Position numbers and translations under genes: made by a program. A stretch of DNA of 63,945 nucleotides, counting the filler, from Atractiella rhizophila (taxonomy: Eukaryota): the NCBI GenBank assembly GCA_021432655.1. It is 14 parts of 12 records of this genome, joined end to end, with 100 filler letters (N's around TTAATTAATTAA, not from the genome) between each part and the next. Parts side by side here need not be neighbours in the genome. Positions count along the whole stretch, not along the records: positions 1 to 6,389 come from MU272302.1; positions 6,490 to 12,870 come from MU272303.1; 12 more parts are not named here. One strand, 5' to 3'. Numbering within the stretch: the first letter of the stretch is position 1; each line of letters starts with the position of its first letter. This document shows, piece after piece, positions 1-12,513 of this stretch. Below the pieces are notes generated by a model that was not told the origin of the DNA, did no database searches, and saw only the letters and a list, made by a program, of their open reading frames with translations.

Positions 1-2370
1 TTGTCATAGTACTGAAAGTGACTGTACCCTATGGAACCACCCGGGGCAATTTGATTGACAAAGGTGTTGAAGACGTCCCAAGAGTGATTGCAGTAGATAT
101 CGCGGACAAAGCTTCTCGCCATGGACGCATCCTTGTACCTGTTCGATCATCGTCAATATTTCTCCATCGAACAGAATAGATAATAAGTACGGGATGGCAG
201 CGATCCATTTGCCGTCCTCCCTTTCTGCAGGGTGAGGGAACACCTGATGGGCGGCCGACGGTTGAAACTTGTCTATGGGTAGCATGACTGTGTCTGCATC
301 GCCTACGCCGAGGGAGATGATGGCATCTGTCGGGGAAAGAGTGAAGGAAAGAGCGGTCGACGGGACGTCCCCCGTGAAAGCGAAAACCTTGCATTCTTTG
401 AACGGCCCGAGTTCAGTATTGACGAAATCAGTAAGGGGGGAAGTAAATACCTGGCGAGAAGTTGAATCTCTGGACAAAGTATCGTCCTATTGTCCCTGCC
501 TACACCCATACATTCATTCAACATCTTCCAAACATCACATAAAAACTATTGGACACTCACACTCTCGCCATTAAACCTCTTCACCCCGCCCAACCACCTC
601 TCAATCAACGCGGCGCCGGACACACCATCCTTCTTAAAGTCTCCCAACACCACACCGGCGATCTTCTCGTCCCACCTCCGCTCCCTCACATTCCACAAAC
701 CGGTCGCACACGCGTCCGACTCGTCCGTCGGAGCTAGTCGTCCCAAAAAGAGGGAAGTGATCCAAGTGGAGAGGAGCAAGATCTGAGCTGTGTCTGCTAG
801 GATCTGGGGTTTCGTTTGACGGAGCTTCATGATCTGTAACCCTGTGTACATGCACATCAACGTCAACAACGTCCAACACATCGACACATCGACGAGGAGA
901 CGGGAAGCGCACCAGTATAGCGATGATGGACCCTCCCACCGGTTCTCCAAACCAACTCTTCCCCCCTCTCCCCACCAAAGATCCTGCCCAACTCTCTCGC
1001 CTGACTGGCTGTCGAAGTGTCCTGACCATTAGGAGAATTCGGGAGAGTGGTAAAAGGAGCGAGGTGCTGCAACAACTGAGCGTTTGGGGTATTTTGTAGG
1101 GACGATAGTTTGGATAGTGTTGACGAGGAGAGGTAGACTGCTGCGTGTTGCTGTGTCCTCTATTAGCTTTAGATCATGTAGAGGCGTGTCAGGTGCGACT
1201 GGATGGAGGAGACTGACCTGTGCGCTCCCTGTCACGGCTACGATTCGAGAGATGTGTCGACCGTCTAATCGACTCAGGAGGAGGTCGAGAGCTCGAATGT
1301 GCATCTCCGATGGAGAGGTGATTTCGTCCCCAAAGGCATGGCAGCCTCCTCTTGTCCTACATCCCAGGATCCCACGAACCATCATGTCAGCAGAATGTCC
1401 GCCAGAAGGATTAGAGATGAAGATGGATAACATAACATCATGAGTGATCGATTCATGGACACCGCTCTAACCTGACCACACGTGCATTCATGTAACATGC
1501 AAGCTCCAGTTTCCCAAGCAGCCTGAACTCCAAGGATCTAGTTGATTGACTAGTCTCATCGCGAATTCCACATCCAGAATCGAGCTCATGGATCCGGCCG
1601 CTTCATATCGATATCCATGTACGGTAAGAAGGGAGAGGCAGAATTAACTTTGACAGATGAGCTGTCTCCTCTTTGAGGTCTCCTCTCTAGGAATGCTTCT
1701 TCGCCTCACTTGAACATGAATCGCGTCAGGCAAAGTAGAACACGTGAAGCGTATGGTTATTCAGTCATGGTAGACTCCGGCCGAGAGAGGTCCATGCATG
1801 TATCATTGATGTTCGTGCTCAGCTCAACAGCTCAACAGGCTGTATCGCTCGCTCCAGCTTTTCAAGCAGTCTGCAATCTTGAGGATGTCCAACATGCAAC
1901 ACCATGATATCGCCTTGCAATGTAGTTGGCCTCCAATGATCAACAGATCATTATGCTGCAAGAATGATCAACGCATCTCAAAGGACGGTCAAACCATCAC
2001 GAAGCCCTGCTAGCTCTACGATTGAATGAAGAGACGAGAGAAGAAGGAAGGACAGCTCCCCCTTCCCCGCCTGAACAGCCCACAGCCGACAGTTAAGAAC
2101 TTTGAAAAAGGATAGGACGCGCGACGGCAGCTCCGAACGAAGACATGGCACTTCCTGCGCTGCACCTTCCCAGCGCATCCACCACACGAACGAAAGGTAT
2201 TCGCAACACGTATCCCAACAGAGCATGAGGAAAGGAGGAAGGGCTGACCCGTATTCCTTGCAGTCTCTGTCGAACACGACGACGGTGGACCAGACGACTT
2301 CGAGGTGGTCGTCGAGCAGGAGGCCGCGGAGACACGTGACGGAGAAGTCGAGGGAGAGGATGAGGGCCAT
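1..2370 (-). CDS. Divergent xylulokinase-like FGGY carbohydrate kinase, multi-exon, 3' truncated at window start
   Basis: Spliced N-terminus MALILSLDFSVTCLRGLLLDDHLEVVWSTVVVFDRDCKEYG|TRGGCHAFGDEITSPSEMHIRALDLLL..SRIVAVTGSAQ. Later exons have ITSLFLGRLAPTDESDACATGLWN and FTGDVPSTALS..AIISLG, matching the XKS1 family pattern. First intron 1357-2248. Confidence 0.8.
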
Positions 2371-2699
2371 GGTCGCTGTGTGCTGTGCTGATGGAGGAAG
2401 AGGCTGAGGAGAGCTGATGGTCGGGAGTCTTTTGGGCAGAAGGCGATCGGAGCTCTTTCCAAACTTCACTCGCCAACTTAAACTCTGTTTAACGTGTTCT
2501 ATTGCTTACTCAGCCGCACTTTCTGACTATATAGTTTGCATATTTGAAATGGAAACATCACGTGATGCATCATCATTGACACGCATCAATTCCCCAATCT
2601 TTCACTCGTCACAATCTCCTCATTTTATTCATCGACTATTCCTTATTTCCTTACTCCAGAGTAGCACCAGTAATACCTCCGTATCAGTGCCGGGCAGCC

Positions 2700-5600
2700 A
2701 TGAACGGCACCAACGGCTCGCTCACGCCGCGCGCCCCCCATCCCGCTGACCTCCTCTCCACCTCCCACCCCGACCGCTCGTCCTCCACGCCCGAACTCGA
2801 GATGATGCTCGACGGCGGGCTCAACCTCAAGCCGACCTCCAGGGCGTCAAGGTCGGCGCAGCACCGAGAGGGAGGGGACCTAGATGGGGAGGTGGGGATG
2901 GAGTCGTCCTCCTCCCAGCAGCAGCAGCAGACGCAGACGCAGAGGAAGGAAAAGGAGTCGTCGCAGAGGAGGGAGAAGGAAGCGTCGGCTGTTCAGAGGA
3001 GGGAGAGGGAGAAGGAGAAGGAGCGCAGGAGCACGAGGGATGGAGGGGGGGAGAGGGAGAGGCGGAAAGAGCGAACGCGTCAACTCGGAGAATGGACGCT
3101 GGGTAAGACCCTTGGAGCGGGCAGTATGGGTAAGGTGAAGCTAGGAGTCAACGCTAAGGGTGACAAGGTGTGTCTCCTCTATCACATGCTCACATGCTTC
3201 AGCCGAGGGATGGTGCAGCGTCTGGTGCGGTGCTGAACAGGGTTGGGGAAAGGTGGCGATAAAGATTGTGCCTCGTTACACGTCTACCGCCTCCGTGCAC
3301 GCTCAGGAGAAGGCGGCGAGAGCAGCGGCGGCGGATCCGGCCGCGATGAAGGAGGGCGAAATACCGCCGGCGATGCCCACCAAGAGTTACATCGCCAAGG
3401 CTCACGCAAAAGATGTGAGCAAGGAAGTTCGAACCATCAGGGAGGCTTCGATCGTGCTCTTGCTCCATCACCCCTATGTCTGTGGAATGAAGAGCATGCT
3501 CGTCTTTCCGGGTCATTATTACATGGTTTTCGAGTATGGTTCGTCCTTCCTCCTTTTGTGTTTCCTTGGGGAAAATGTGGAGAAGGATTTTGATGTTGTG
3601 GCGACAGTGAATGGAGGTCAGATGCTCGATTACATCATATCCCACGGCCGGTTGAGGGAGAGACATGCCCGCAAATTCGCGCGACAAATTGGTAGCGCGT
3701 TGGAATACTGCCACGCAAACAGCATAGTGCACCGAGGTGCGCTTTCCACCCTTCAAAAGCCGAAAGAGCTAACGGACGGGATGGGACAGATCTAAAAATC
3801 GAAAACATCCTCATCTCGAAGACGGGAAACATAAAAATAATCGATTTCGGACTCTCCAACCTCTTCAGTCCCCACTCCAATCTAACCACCTTTTGCGGAT
3901 CTCTCTACTTTGCAGCTCCGGAGCTTCTCAACGCGAAATATTACACCGGTCCGGAGGTGGATGTATGGAGTTTTGGCATCGTGCTCTACGTGCTCGTTTG
4001 TGGAAAGGTTCCTTTCGATGACCAGAGTATGCCCGCTTTGCATGCAAAGATCAAGAGGGGACAAGTGGAGTATCCGGCATGGTTATCAGGCGGTGTGTCC
4101 TCCCTCCATTCTTCCTCAGTCAATGGTCAAGGTCAGACGAGAGCTGATCGAGCGCTGTTCCTTCTGTTCCGTGATGCTGACGGTGATTGGTGTTGGTGTT
4201 GATGGGAAAGATTGCAAGTCTCTCCTCGCCCGCATGCTCGTCACCTCCCCCTCCCTCCGCGCCACCCTCCCCGAAGTCCTCCACCACCCCTGGATGGTCC
4301 GAGGGTTCGATGGCGCTCCCGATCCCCACATCCCTTTGAGGGAACCTTTGCGAGTCGGAGAGTTGGACGAAGAGGTGATCAGTGGAATGACTGGGTTTGA
4401 GTTCGGAACGAGCGCCGAGATACGGGAGAAGTTGGTGGAGGTTTTGGAGGGAGAGGATTATGGAAGGGCGTTGAGGAATTGGGAGTTGAGACGGAGAGGC
4501 GCGGGTGGAGGGAGCACGGAGAGCTTTCCTAGTAGTGGTGGTGGCGAGAAGGGATTTGGGTTTGAGAGGACTGGAAGTGGATTGGGCATTGGGATTGGAG
4601 CGAGGAAGTTGAGCCCGCATGCTCATAGTCCTAATAGGAGGTTTAGCGGTTTTGACTTTTATCGCAAGAAGATCGCTGGTGCTTTGGGTGGTGGGAAAGA
4701 TGGAGAACATTTTCATGGCATTGGAGGACAGGGAAGTCCCGGGAAGGGAGAAGATGGGAAGGAACCAATGAATGGCCTCCCAGCCAATCGTACAGAAAAT
4801 TGGGATCCGACTAGAGGATTCCATCCCCTCATCTCCATCTATTATCTCGTCAAGGAGAAGATTGAACGGGAACGCATTTACGGGCCTGGCGTCTTCGCCT
4901 CCTCCACCCTCTCTCTCACCGGTCCTCCTCCTCCGCCAGCCCCAGTCCAAGCATACGGGACGACAACAGCCACGCCTGGTGTATTAGAGGACATCCAGTC
5001 GGGCACGATCACAGCTTCGCCCTCCAATTACACTCCTGACCCGATCCCGAAACTCCTCCCTCACTCCGCCTCCACACCAGCTTCCCGCGCTCACCAATCC
5101 GAAGCCCTCCCGATGACGCCGACGTCCAGCGGAATGGGCGAGACGAAGCGACACTCGCTAAGTATGGGAAGAAGGACGTCGCTACAGACCCCGATACCAA
5201 CGGCTATGTCTGCTCCTAATTCGCCAGCTCCTGATGTGGGTAATCAGGGATTCGGAGTTGGCATTGGGGACGGAAGGAAGGAGAGGACCGGGACGGTTAG
5301 GAGGAGCGTGCATATCGATCCTTCCGGTGCCAGTGCGAATGCGAATGCGAATGTGAATGGGACTAGTGTGGATGGTCCACCTCCTTCACCTGCTCCTTCG
5401 ACTGGACATTTTGTGAGGAGGTTTGGGAGCTTACTTGGACGTGCGACGAGCTTGCAGGATGGGGATTTCAAGAGACATCGACAGAGGGCTAGTATTGGTG
5501 GACAAGTACACAAGGGGAGCAATAAGGGGCCTGCGAGCACTTTGCCCCAGGTGGATGAAGGTAGTGCGGCGATTCCGGAGATGGAGAAGGAGGACGAGGA

Positions 5601-6389
5601 AATTAAGAGACCGATGTCAACTATTTCGGAAGGCAGGGGCCACTATCGCGGCGCGAGTGTGGGAGGGCACGCTGTCTCGAATCGTCTGTTTCACAGTCCG
5701 GAACGGAGAAGACATATGTCGGTTGGAGAGACGAAACGTCCCAACACTGCTGCGGTGGCGGAGAAGACGGTCAATTTCATTAGGGAGGAAGGAGAAGGAG
5801 AGGAGGAGGAGGAATTGGAGAGGACGCCGAAGCAAAAGGTGGGATTCGTGGCGAGGAGTCCTAGCCCTACACAAGGAAATTCCGAATCCATCAAGCCTGT
5901 ATACCTCAAGGGTCTCTTCTCGGTCCAGACGACGACGACAAAGTCAGTCTCGACCCTCCGGAGAGATCTCATCGCCGTTCTTGATCGCATAGGCGTGCAA
6001 CATCGCGAAATCAAGTCCGGGTTCGAATGCGCGAAAGTCCCATCTATCGATCTGGCCTCAGTAGCCGCAGGAGGGAGAGCACCAACTGGAATAGAATCAG
6101 AAATGGAGGAGGCATCGTCACCAAGAGAGACGCTACAGCATCGGACGTCAGTCACTCGTCGTACATCTAAACTTGCGATATCGCCTCCGAGAACGCCTTC
6201 ACGGAAAGAGAAAGAAAAAGAGAGGGAGAAAGACCTCCCCCATCGCCCTGAACGCTCTGCAGAAAACTCACAGTCTTCTTTGCACCAGACTGCTCAGACT
6301 CGCACCACCACTTCCTCCTCGTCTTTCAACGTCGCGTCGAATGGGACACTGCCTGATACAAGAGTCCCACCGACACCAGCATCCACTAA
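2700..6389 (+). CDS. KIN1: Kin1/Par-1/MARK family Ser/Thr kinase, multi-exon, 3' truncated
   Basis: [73 protein letters not shown] and pre-KA1 motif [18 protein letters not shown]. Confidence 0.95.
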
Positions 6390-6489
6390 NNNNNNNNNNN
6401 NNNNNNNNNNNNNNNNNNNNNNNNNNNNNNNNNTTAATTAATTAANNNNNNNNNNNNNNNNNNNNNNNNNNNNNNNNNNNNNNNNNNNN
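6390..6489. other. Artificial contig-joining spacer N44-TTAATTAATTAA-N44 (first of 13)
   Basis: Identical 100-nt blocks at 6390, 12871, 19343, 25800, 32240, 38662, 40294, 46703, 53102, 54660, 57862, 60172 and 62520. The 12-mer puts stops in all six frames, and genes are cut at these blocks. Ordinary scaffold gaps are at about 8469, 22518, 43111 and 48122. Confidence 0.98.
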
Positions 6490-7055
6490 CGGATGTTGTA
6501 CTCGAGAAGAGGACGATGTGCTGCCCATAAAGAGTCTACTAGGGTTGTAGACGCTTTCGGCACGTAGGGGAGGGGGCTGATGTGAAGAGTGACGGGGATG
6601 GGGACAAGTCCTACATCTGGCCGTCGACTTGGAAATTTCCGTCGATGCGAACGAGGAGGGCGACGCGCAGAAGGGCTTTCCTCCTCCCCTTGGACTGTAT
6701 TTGGCGAAGATGAAACGGTTGTACTCGACGCAGAAGTGTCAACAGGATCATCCTTATCCTTCTTGACCACGTTCTTAACGCCATCTTCCTCCTTCACACC
6801 CCCGCTATTCCCAACTGAATTTTCCTCACCTTCTTCATTCCCAGACTTCTTACCCGAACTGCTGAACGAGATACTCCTGCTCCTCCCCGTCCGCTCAGAA
6901 ACTGCCCCTTTCTCCGCCCCCTTCGTGTTCAGAAAGGTGCCTCCTCCTGAGGAAAGTGATGTTCCTCCGGCTTGAAGATGGTGATGTGAAGGGGTGAAAA
7001 AGGTCGAGCCGGGAGATGAACGAAAGCGTAGGGAGAGGTGCAGTCGATTTATCAT
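6490..7055 (-). CDS. Probable mitochondrial protein, possibly Cox24/mS38-like; 5' part only
   Basis: Arg/Ser-rich presequence-like start, low-complexity body and LVDSLWAAHRPLLE, which resembles the F-x-x-HRP motif of fungal Cox24-like proteins. The diagnostic C-terminal domain would lie beyond the break. Confidence 0.4.
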
Positions 7056-7783
7056 TGGATGAGCAAAATGCCCTGGCTGGAGGTCAAGGTCGATTCTTTC
7101 TGTTGTTGCGAGGGCCCCGTGTGCGCCTGAGGGGCTTCTTATGACTCAGGAGAATCTTCTGCTTCTTACCTCTTAGTCAATGGGGATGAAACAGGTATTG
7201 ACTTGTTATCAACAAACAAGATGATTTAGAGAAAAAATAGAAGAATATGATGCATGTATATACTACTGATGGGGTGACCGGAAGACTTTATACCTCCTAC
7301 TTTCTGGGAGCATTCATGTCTCCTAGCATCCTTACTTTGGTTTGTGCTTATGTTTTCTTTTACTTCCCATTGTGCCTTCTCATTATTCAGGAGCTTTCTC
7401 TGATAACAAAGAATTGCCCTACGAGTGCAAGACCACATTCTCATTGGTTTGGTGTCGCCATGTCACAGCCTCATACATCGCCACTCTCTAACCTTTATAT
7501 ACAGAGAGCTCAAAAGCACAGACTTAAATGGAAGATTGGAAGGCATGAGGTCATGAAGAATGAGGTATCAAAAATAAAATAGATCAGCTTGAATCCACAT
7601 GTGAGAGCAAACCGAGATGGTCAAAGAGACTGGTTTTAGGAAAACAGAAACTGATTGGAAGACAGGGTTCTTCTGAAAGTAGGTGGTAGCGGTGTTGTTA
7701 AATGGAAGAGTAAAATCCAAGGGCGAAAAATAAGATCCATGTAATATAAACTTTTTGAATAGACATTGGAAGGCAAATTCATT

Positions 7784-8561
7784 TTAAGAGAGACTAGTAA
7801 CCCTCCACCTGCGCTTCGTCCAATTTTGACTGGACCCTTCTTTTCTTCGAAAGTAAGAGAGAGGCAGAGGTAAATCCATCAGAAGGTGATCATTTGGAGA
7901 ATGTGAGACTAAAAATTGGGTGGATCCTGTTGCATTTTCTTCCCCTTCACCATTGCGGACAATATTCCTGGGAATGATTTGGTCGTCCATCTCATCATTT
8001 CTGCCTGGTTTTCGATAGGAAGGCAGATCAGCCCAACGAAGTTCCACCGAAGCGTTTCGCAGTGATTGTACACAAGGAGCAGAAATTGTAGGAGCAAAGG
8101 TAAGTTGATGTTGGTCGCGATCAAGGTGATGAGAAGGAAGGTGATCCTCTGCCAGAGGGTTCATCTGAAGGACATCTTTTTTATCATGCAGATGACCCTT
8201 AGATTTGAGCATTGTGATAGAATCTTGCTGATCGATGAGTTCTAAGTCTTCTTCTCCATTCTTGACCCATTCGGTATCCTCTTCTATGGGAGAATATGAA
8301 GGAGGTGATGCAGCAGGAGGTTGAGAGAGCTCATCCTCTTCCTGGATCTTTTCCACATTGTAGGATGTCTGAAGCACAGGAGAGGATGGTGACAGTGGAG
8401 GTGGAGAATGAGCAGGTTGGAGGACATCAGGCATATCTGCCTATCACAAACCCATTTCTAAACTGAATNNNNNNNNNNNNNNNNNNNNNNNNNTGTTGAT
8501 GATAGTCATCAGTGACTCTAGCCAGTTCAGCTTGGCTGAGATTGGAGGGATAAGAATAAGA
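7784..8561 (-). CDS. Hypothetical or degenerate low-complexity protein spanning a small gap
   Basis: ORF segments MSYSYPSNLSQAELAR.. and MPDVLQPAHSPPPLS..(216 aa). No recognisable domain; AT-richer, CpG-poor context. Confidence 0.3.
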
Positions 8562-8918
8562 CATTTTGGTGAATGGAGAATGTTGAGGAGAGTTGATGGT
8601 GGAATGGGGGTTGAGGTGGTGGGATGCTGGTTGCCACCACAATTTTCAACAACAGAAACCACCTTTTATACCTATACAATCCGCAGCACTGCGGAAGCAA
8701 TCCGGTTTGATCTGACTCAGCTTAGTCTTGGCGGGCCCGAATACACTAGTTGGAGTTGCATTTTTGTCCTCAAACTGTTTCTGAAGTTCTGAAGAAAAGA
8801 AAAAGCAGATAGGTTGTTTGGTCGATATTGGTTCCTTTCCCGTCCGACTGACAACTACAACCAACCAACCAGAAGCAACTGCCAAAAAGTTTCCAGCTCA
8901 TTCGAAACATCTCGGAAG

Positions 8919-9988
8919 ATGAGCATGAGCCTCCTGCGTCCTCTCTCTGTCGTTCTTTACTCTGGGGACAGCCTTATTTCTGCCTCTCAACAGCCGTCTC
9001 CCTCCCAACGCGACTGTCCATCTCAGTCCGACATGCCTCCTCCTCCTCGTCCCCTCTGAAAATCCACGCCCTTTCCGCCGCTCCAGGGAGCATCAAAAAA
9101 GGTACCTATTCTCCTTCTTCAGAGTGTACAGTAAGCTTATGTTTTTTGTATAGAGGAAAAGACTGGGTCGTGGCTCCTCTTCCGGGAAGGGAAAACTCTG
9201 CAGGACGAGGAAACAAAGGACAGGGACAGCGAAAAGGGGTGTCACTGCTATTTGAAGGAGGACAAACACCAATGACAATCAAGTATCCTAAGTTCGGACG
9301 GCCTGCAGGTCGCACGTTGTACGTCTTCTTCCTCTCTGTTTTGCTCACGGTTGTAACGGGACTGGTGTGGTGGGGAAGACGAAAGGAGAAACCTACAGCT
9401 CTGAACCTTGGGAGGATCCAAGAATGGATAGATAGCGGACGCTTGAACCCAGAGGAGGAGATCAACATGCGCCATCTTTATGTGTCTGGTTGCATTCATA
9501 ACCTACGAAAAGGCGGCGTGAAGCTGCTAGGCTCTGTACGTCGCTCCGCCCACTCGTTCCAAGCTCAAGTGAATCGATGTGGTGCGGCGTATGAGTAGGA
9601 CGCGACGAAATTGAAGGGAAAGATCAACATCGTCGTCTCCCGTGCATCCCAGACAGCCATCAAGCACATAGAATCATTAGGAGGTAGCGTGAAGTGCGAA
9701 TATCACACTCCGCTGTCCCTGCGAGCACTGGTGAAGCCGCACACGTTCGAGAGGAAGGGAAGGCTGATACCTGGCCGACCGATGCCTGTGCGGAGGAAGG
9801 ACGTGTTGTTTTTATTCCAGGTGGGACAAGCGAGGTCAGTCCTTCTCACAGCTTCTCTTCTCTTTACCCTGCAGCTGATTGATGTGTTGGTTGGGATAGG
9901 ATACCTCGCGAATGAGTGGGCGGCGATGAAGGCTGCAAAGCCTTTGGTGTCACAAGTGAGTGAGGGAAAGATGGAGGCGAGCATATAA
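8919..9988 (+). CDS. MRPL10: Mitochondrial ribosomal protein uL15m
   Basis: RKRLGRG.SSGKG..GRGNKGQGQR, FEGGQTP, LNLGRIQEWIDSGRLNP, IVVSRASQTAIKHIESLGG, RGYLA. Several 1-nt indels in homopolymers. Confidence 0.9.
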
Positions 9989-10264
9989 TGGAATCATAAT
10001 TTGGTACATGCTGGATAATAGTGATTATTCTTCCATTCTACATGTGGCAAAGAGCAAATACAGTCCGTACATTCGTCCTTCGGAGGATTCAGAAAGAAGT
10101 ACACAGCAGAGAACATCTCAGAAAGCAGATTCCAGTCTTGACCCCCACCACGATCTTCCTGAACCTTCAGCCCGCCTTCAACCTCAACACCTACCATTAA
10201 ACGTCATTAAACGTTCACTGCAAGCGTCCGACACTGCGAACATTCGAAGAAGCAAGTGAATGGA

Positions 10265-11836
10265 TCACTCGTCCGCAGGTCCGTACTTATCCTTCCAAAT
10301 CCAACTATTCCCGACGATAGGCGTGCCCCCACTCTTCTCCGCCTTCCTATACCACGTCGCCGCCTTAAACTTATCCCTCTTCCCCCCTGGACCCCTACCG
10401 GCCAAATAAGCGTCTGCGAGACCGTTCATGGCGTCGGGGTCACCGAGGACGGCTGCCATCTCGAGGTACTCGAGACCCTTTCCGTTCGTTCTTTTCGACG
10501 CCGAGACCGAAGAGGAAGGAGTTGGCGACTTCGTAGATTGCGAAGCGGAGGTAGGCTCGTTCTTCGTCGTTGCTGTTGTTGTTGCTACTACTGTTGGGGT
10601 TGGTGCTGGTGCTGTGGAGGGATTGTTGAAGGTCAACGATGGCTTCGGAGGCGGCGGAGCGAAGGTAGTGGAGTCCTTGGGCCTCGTTGGGCTGAATTCC
10701 CCATCCATGCCTGTGAGGAGATGGGGAGAACATCATCAACTGGACCTCTTGCACGATGATAGTAGAAGATAGATAAGACGGAGGTACGAACCTAAGTGCC
10801 AAACCAGCCAAAATCTCGCCTCCCTTGGATCCCCTCTCCGCTAACTGAATAAACATCTTCGTGCTGAGTATCAACCTCGGATCGTCCTCTACCGTTCCAA
10901 ACTCGTCTCTCCTGATATGATGTTTCTTCTTCACGACCGTGCTCGCCTTCGATAGCGTATGAAGCTGGACTGCAAGGTGCAGAACGTCCTGGAGAGGGAG
11001 CGAGGCCAGTTTCTCATTCGTGATCGGTCCTCCATCCTTCTCCGCCCTGTCGGGGAAGAGCGCCAACTCGAGAGCGCTCAACTGGATCGGAACGTGCGGA
11101 TCGACTCTAGAGGAGCTCCTCGAGCGGGTGACGTTGAGGGGAGGTGGAGGGCTACTGAAGTCCGCGGCGGAAGAGGACGAGTCGGACTTTGCGTGACCCC
11201 TAGTGAAGAAGGCTGATAAGCGGCTCCTCCTCTTGGAGCTGACCGATGTAGGACTGCCAAGGTCCGAGGTAGGAGAGAGTGTGTCGTGGTCAACGGGTTG
11301 GAGGATGGTGTCGGCGGTGAGGATGGCCAGCGTGCGACTCTCTGGCGTGGAGCGGTCGGCGTCAAGGTCTTCTGGACGGAGGTTTGGAGGGACGAGGGAG
11401 ACGCGAGAGGCGGAGCGCGAGCGGTTCTTTTCTGGTGTGCCGTTCGAGTTGGGTAGATATTCTGTAATACCATCACTCAATCTATACTTAGCAAAAGAAG
11501 GACAGAAGAACTACCAGAAGAATGCAATCCGCCGTCAATGACGCTGATGAGCGACTCGTCCTCCTTCTCACGATGAAAAGGGTTGAAGCTCCTCCGCTTC
11601 CTCTCCTTCCCTCCATTACCACCGCCTCCACTTGTAATAGAGTGCTGGGAGACGCGGGAGGAGGTTGAGGACACGGACGTGACGGAGAGGTTCCTCGATA
11701 GCTGCGATATAGCGTCGTTGTACGCTGGATGGGTATTCTGGTACTGAGATGGATGGGGAAAGTCGAGCGAGTGCGGAGGGGCGACAGGAGTCTGTGGAGG
11801 GATGATGTTTAGCTCCGGCGCTGGGGGAGACGACAT
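10265..11836 (-). CDS. Sel1-like repeat protein (Dsf2-like)
   Basis: ILAGLALR|HGWGIQPNEAQGLHYLRSAA, AIYEVANSFLFGLGVEKNERKGLEYLEMAAVLGDPDA, KAATWYRKAEK..VGNSWIWKDKY. Ser/Pro-rich N-terminus. Confidence 0.85.
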
Positions 11837-12091
11837 GCTTGGAGTTACTTGACGGAATATTGTTATCAGTATGTAAACTGTAAAGTAGTGAGAAGGTAAT
11901 TGGGAGGCAATAAAGAAAAGGAAAAGGATTGATAAAGAGAACCAGTAAAGCGGCTTGGCAAGTGAAATTACGACAAGGTTCCGAAACACTGCCTTGTTCA
12001 CTTCATTTTATATTACAGTAGGTCACATCCTCTTACAGTGTTGCACTCGTAATAACAATGGGATGAAGTCTGCCGAAATAACAGTACAATA

Positions 12092-12513
12092 TCACTCTTG
12101 CAGTAAAATCACATCAACATCATCATGAGCCCCTTGCAACAACATCTGACCCTCAAACGTAACGATTCCCTTCCTCTTCGCCGCTCGAAGAGTTCCATTG
12201 AGCGCCTCGACTGCCATCATAATGTTGTCCAAACAGCGCCGTCGACATTACACGAGCGAAATGAGATCAAGCTCAGATCAGATGCAGACGACGAATAGAG
12301 GGAAGAGGTGACACACAGATGTTGCTGCATCGATCGTCCTTCACTATCTTCCCAAACTTGACCACTGCGACACCTTTCCCGTCAGCTGGCTTCTCTCCCA
12401 GTCGCTTGATCTCGACCTGTTAGGCCGACCGTCATTTATCGTTTCCCTCTGAAAATAGCTAATAGATATGTGCCCACCTTCAACAACTCGACTTCTTCGT
12501 CAATATTGACCAT
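12092..12513 (-). CDS. ABRACL: Costars/ABRACL family small winged-helix actin regulator (3 coding exons; not in the ORF track)
   Basis: Spliced translation MVNIDEEVELLK|VEIKRLGEKPADGKGVAVVKFGKIVKDDRCSNI|FEALNGTLRAAKRKGIVTFEGQMLLQGAHDDVDVILLQE*, with GT-AG introns in consistent phase. Confidence 0.9.

Noticed and set aside
1383..1445. C/D snoRNA (ATGATGT..CTGA with terminal stem)
   Set aside because: Imperfect C box, too short, and the CTGAC is the intron branch point.
2050..2085. SRP RNA helix-8-like TCAGG..GGAA..GAGC in the long intron
   Set aside because: The bases flanking the tetraloop cannot pair; no Alu domain or long helix 5.
4120..4950. Long antisense/alternate-frame ORFs over KIN1, STE12, PP4R1 and others, and poly-X ORFs
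   Set aside because: Shadows of GC-rich low-complexity coding DNA or read-through of N gaps.
6434..6445. Recurring palindrome TTAATTAATTAA as a biological repeat or recombination site
   Set aside because: Always centred in exactly 44+44 Ns; it is a six-frame-stop assembly linker.
9090..9815. Programmed frameshifting or pseudogenisation of uL15m
   Set aside because: The breaks fall in homopolymers (A6 at about 9095, A4 at about 9192, T5 at about 9809), and removing one base restores conserved motifs. Sequencing error is more likely.
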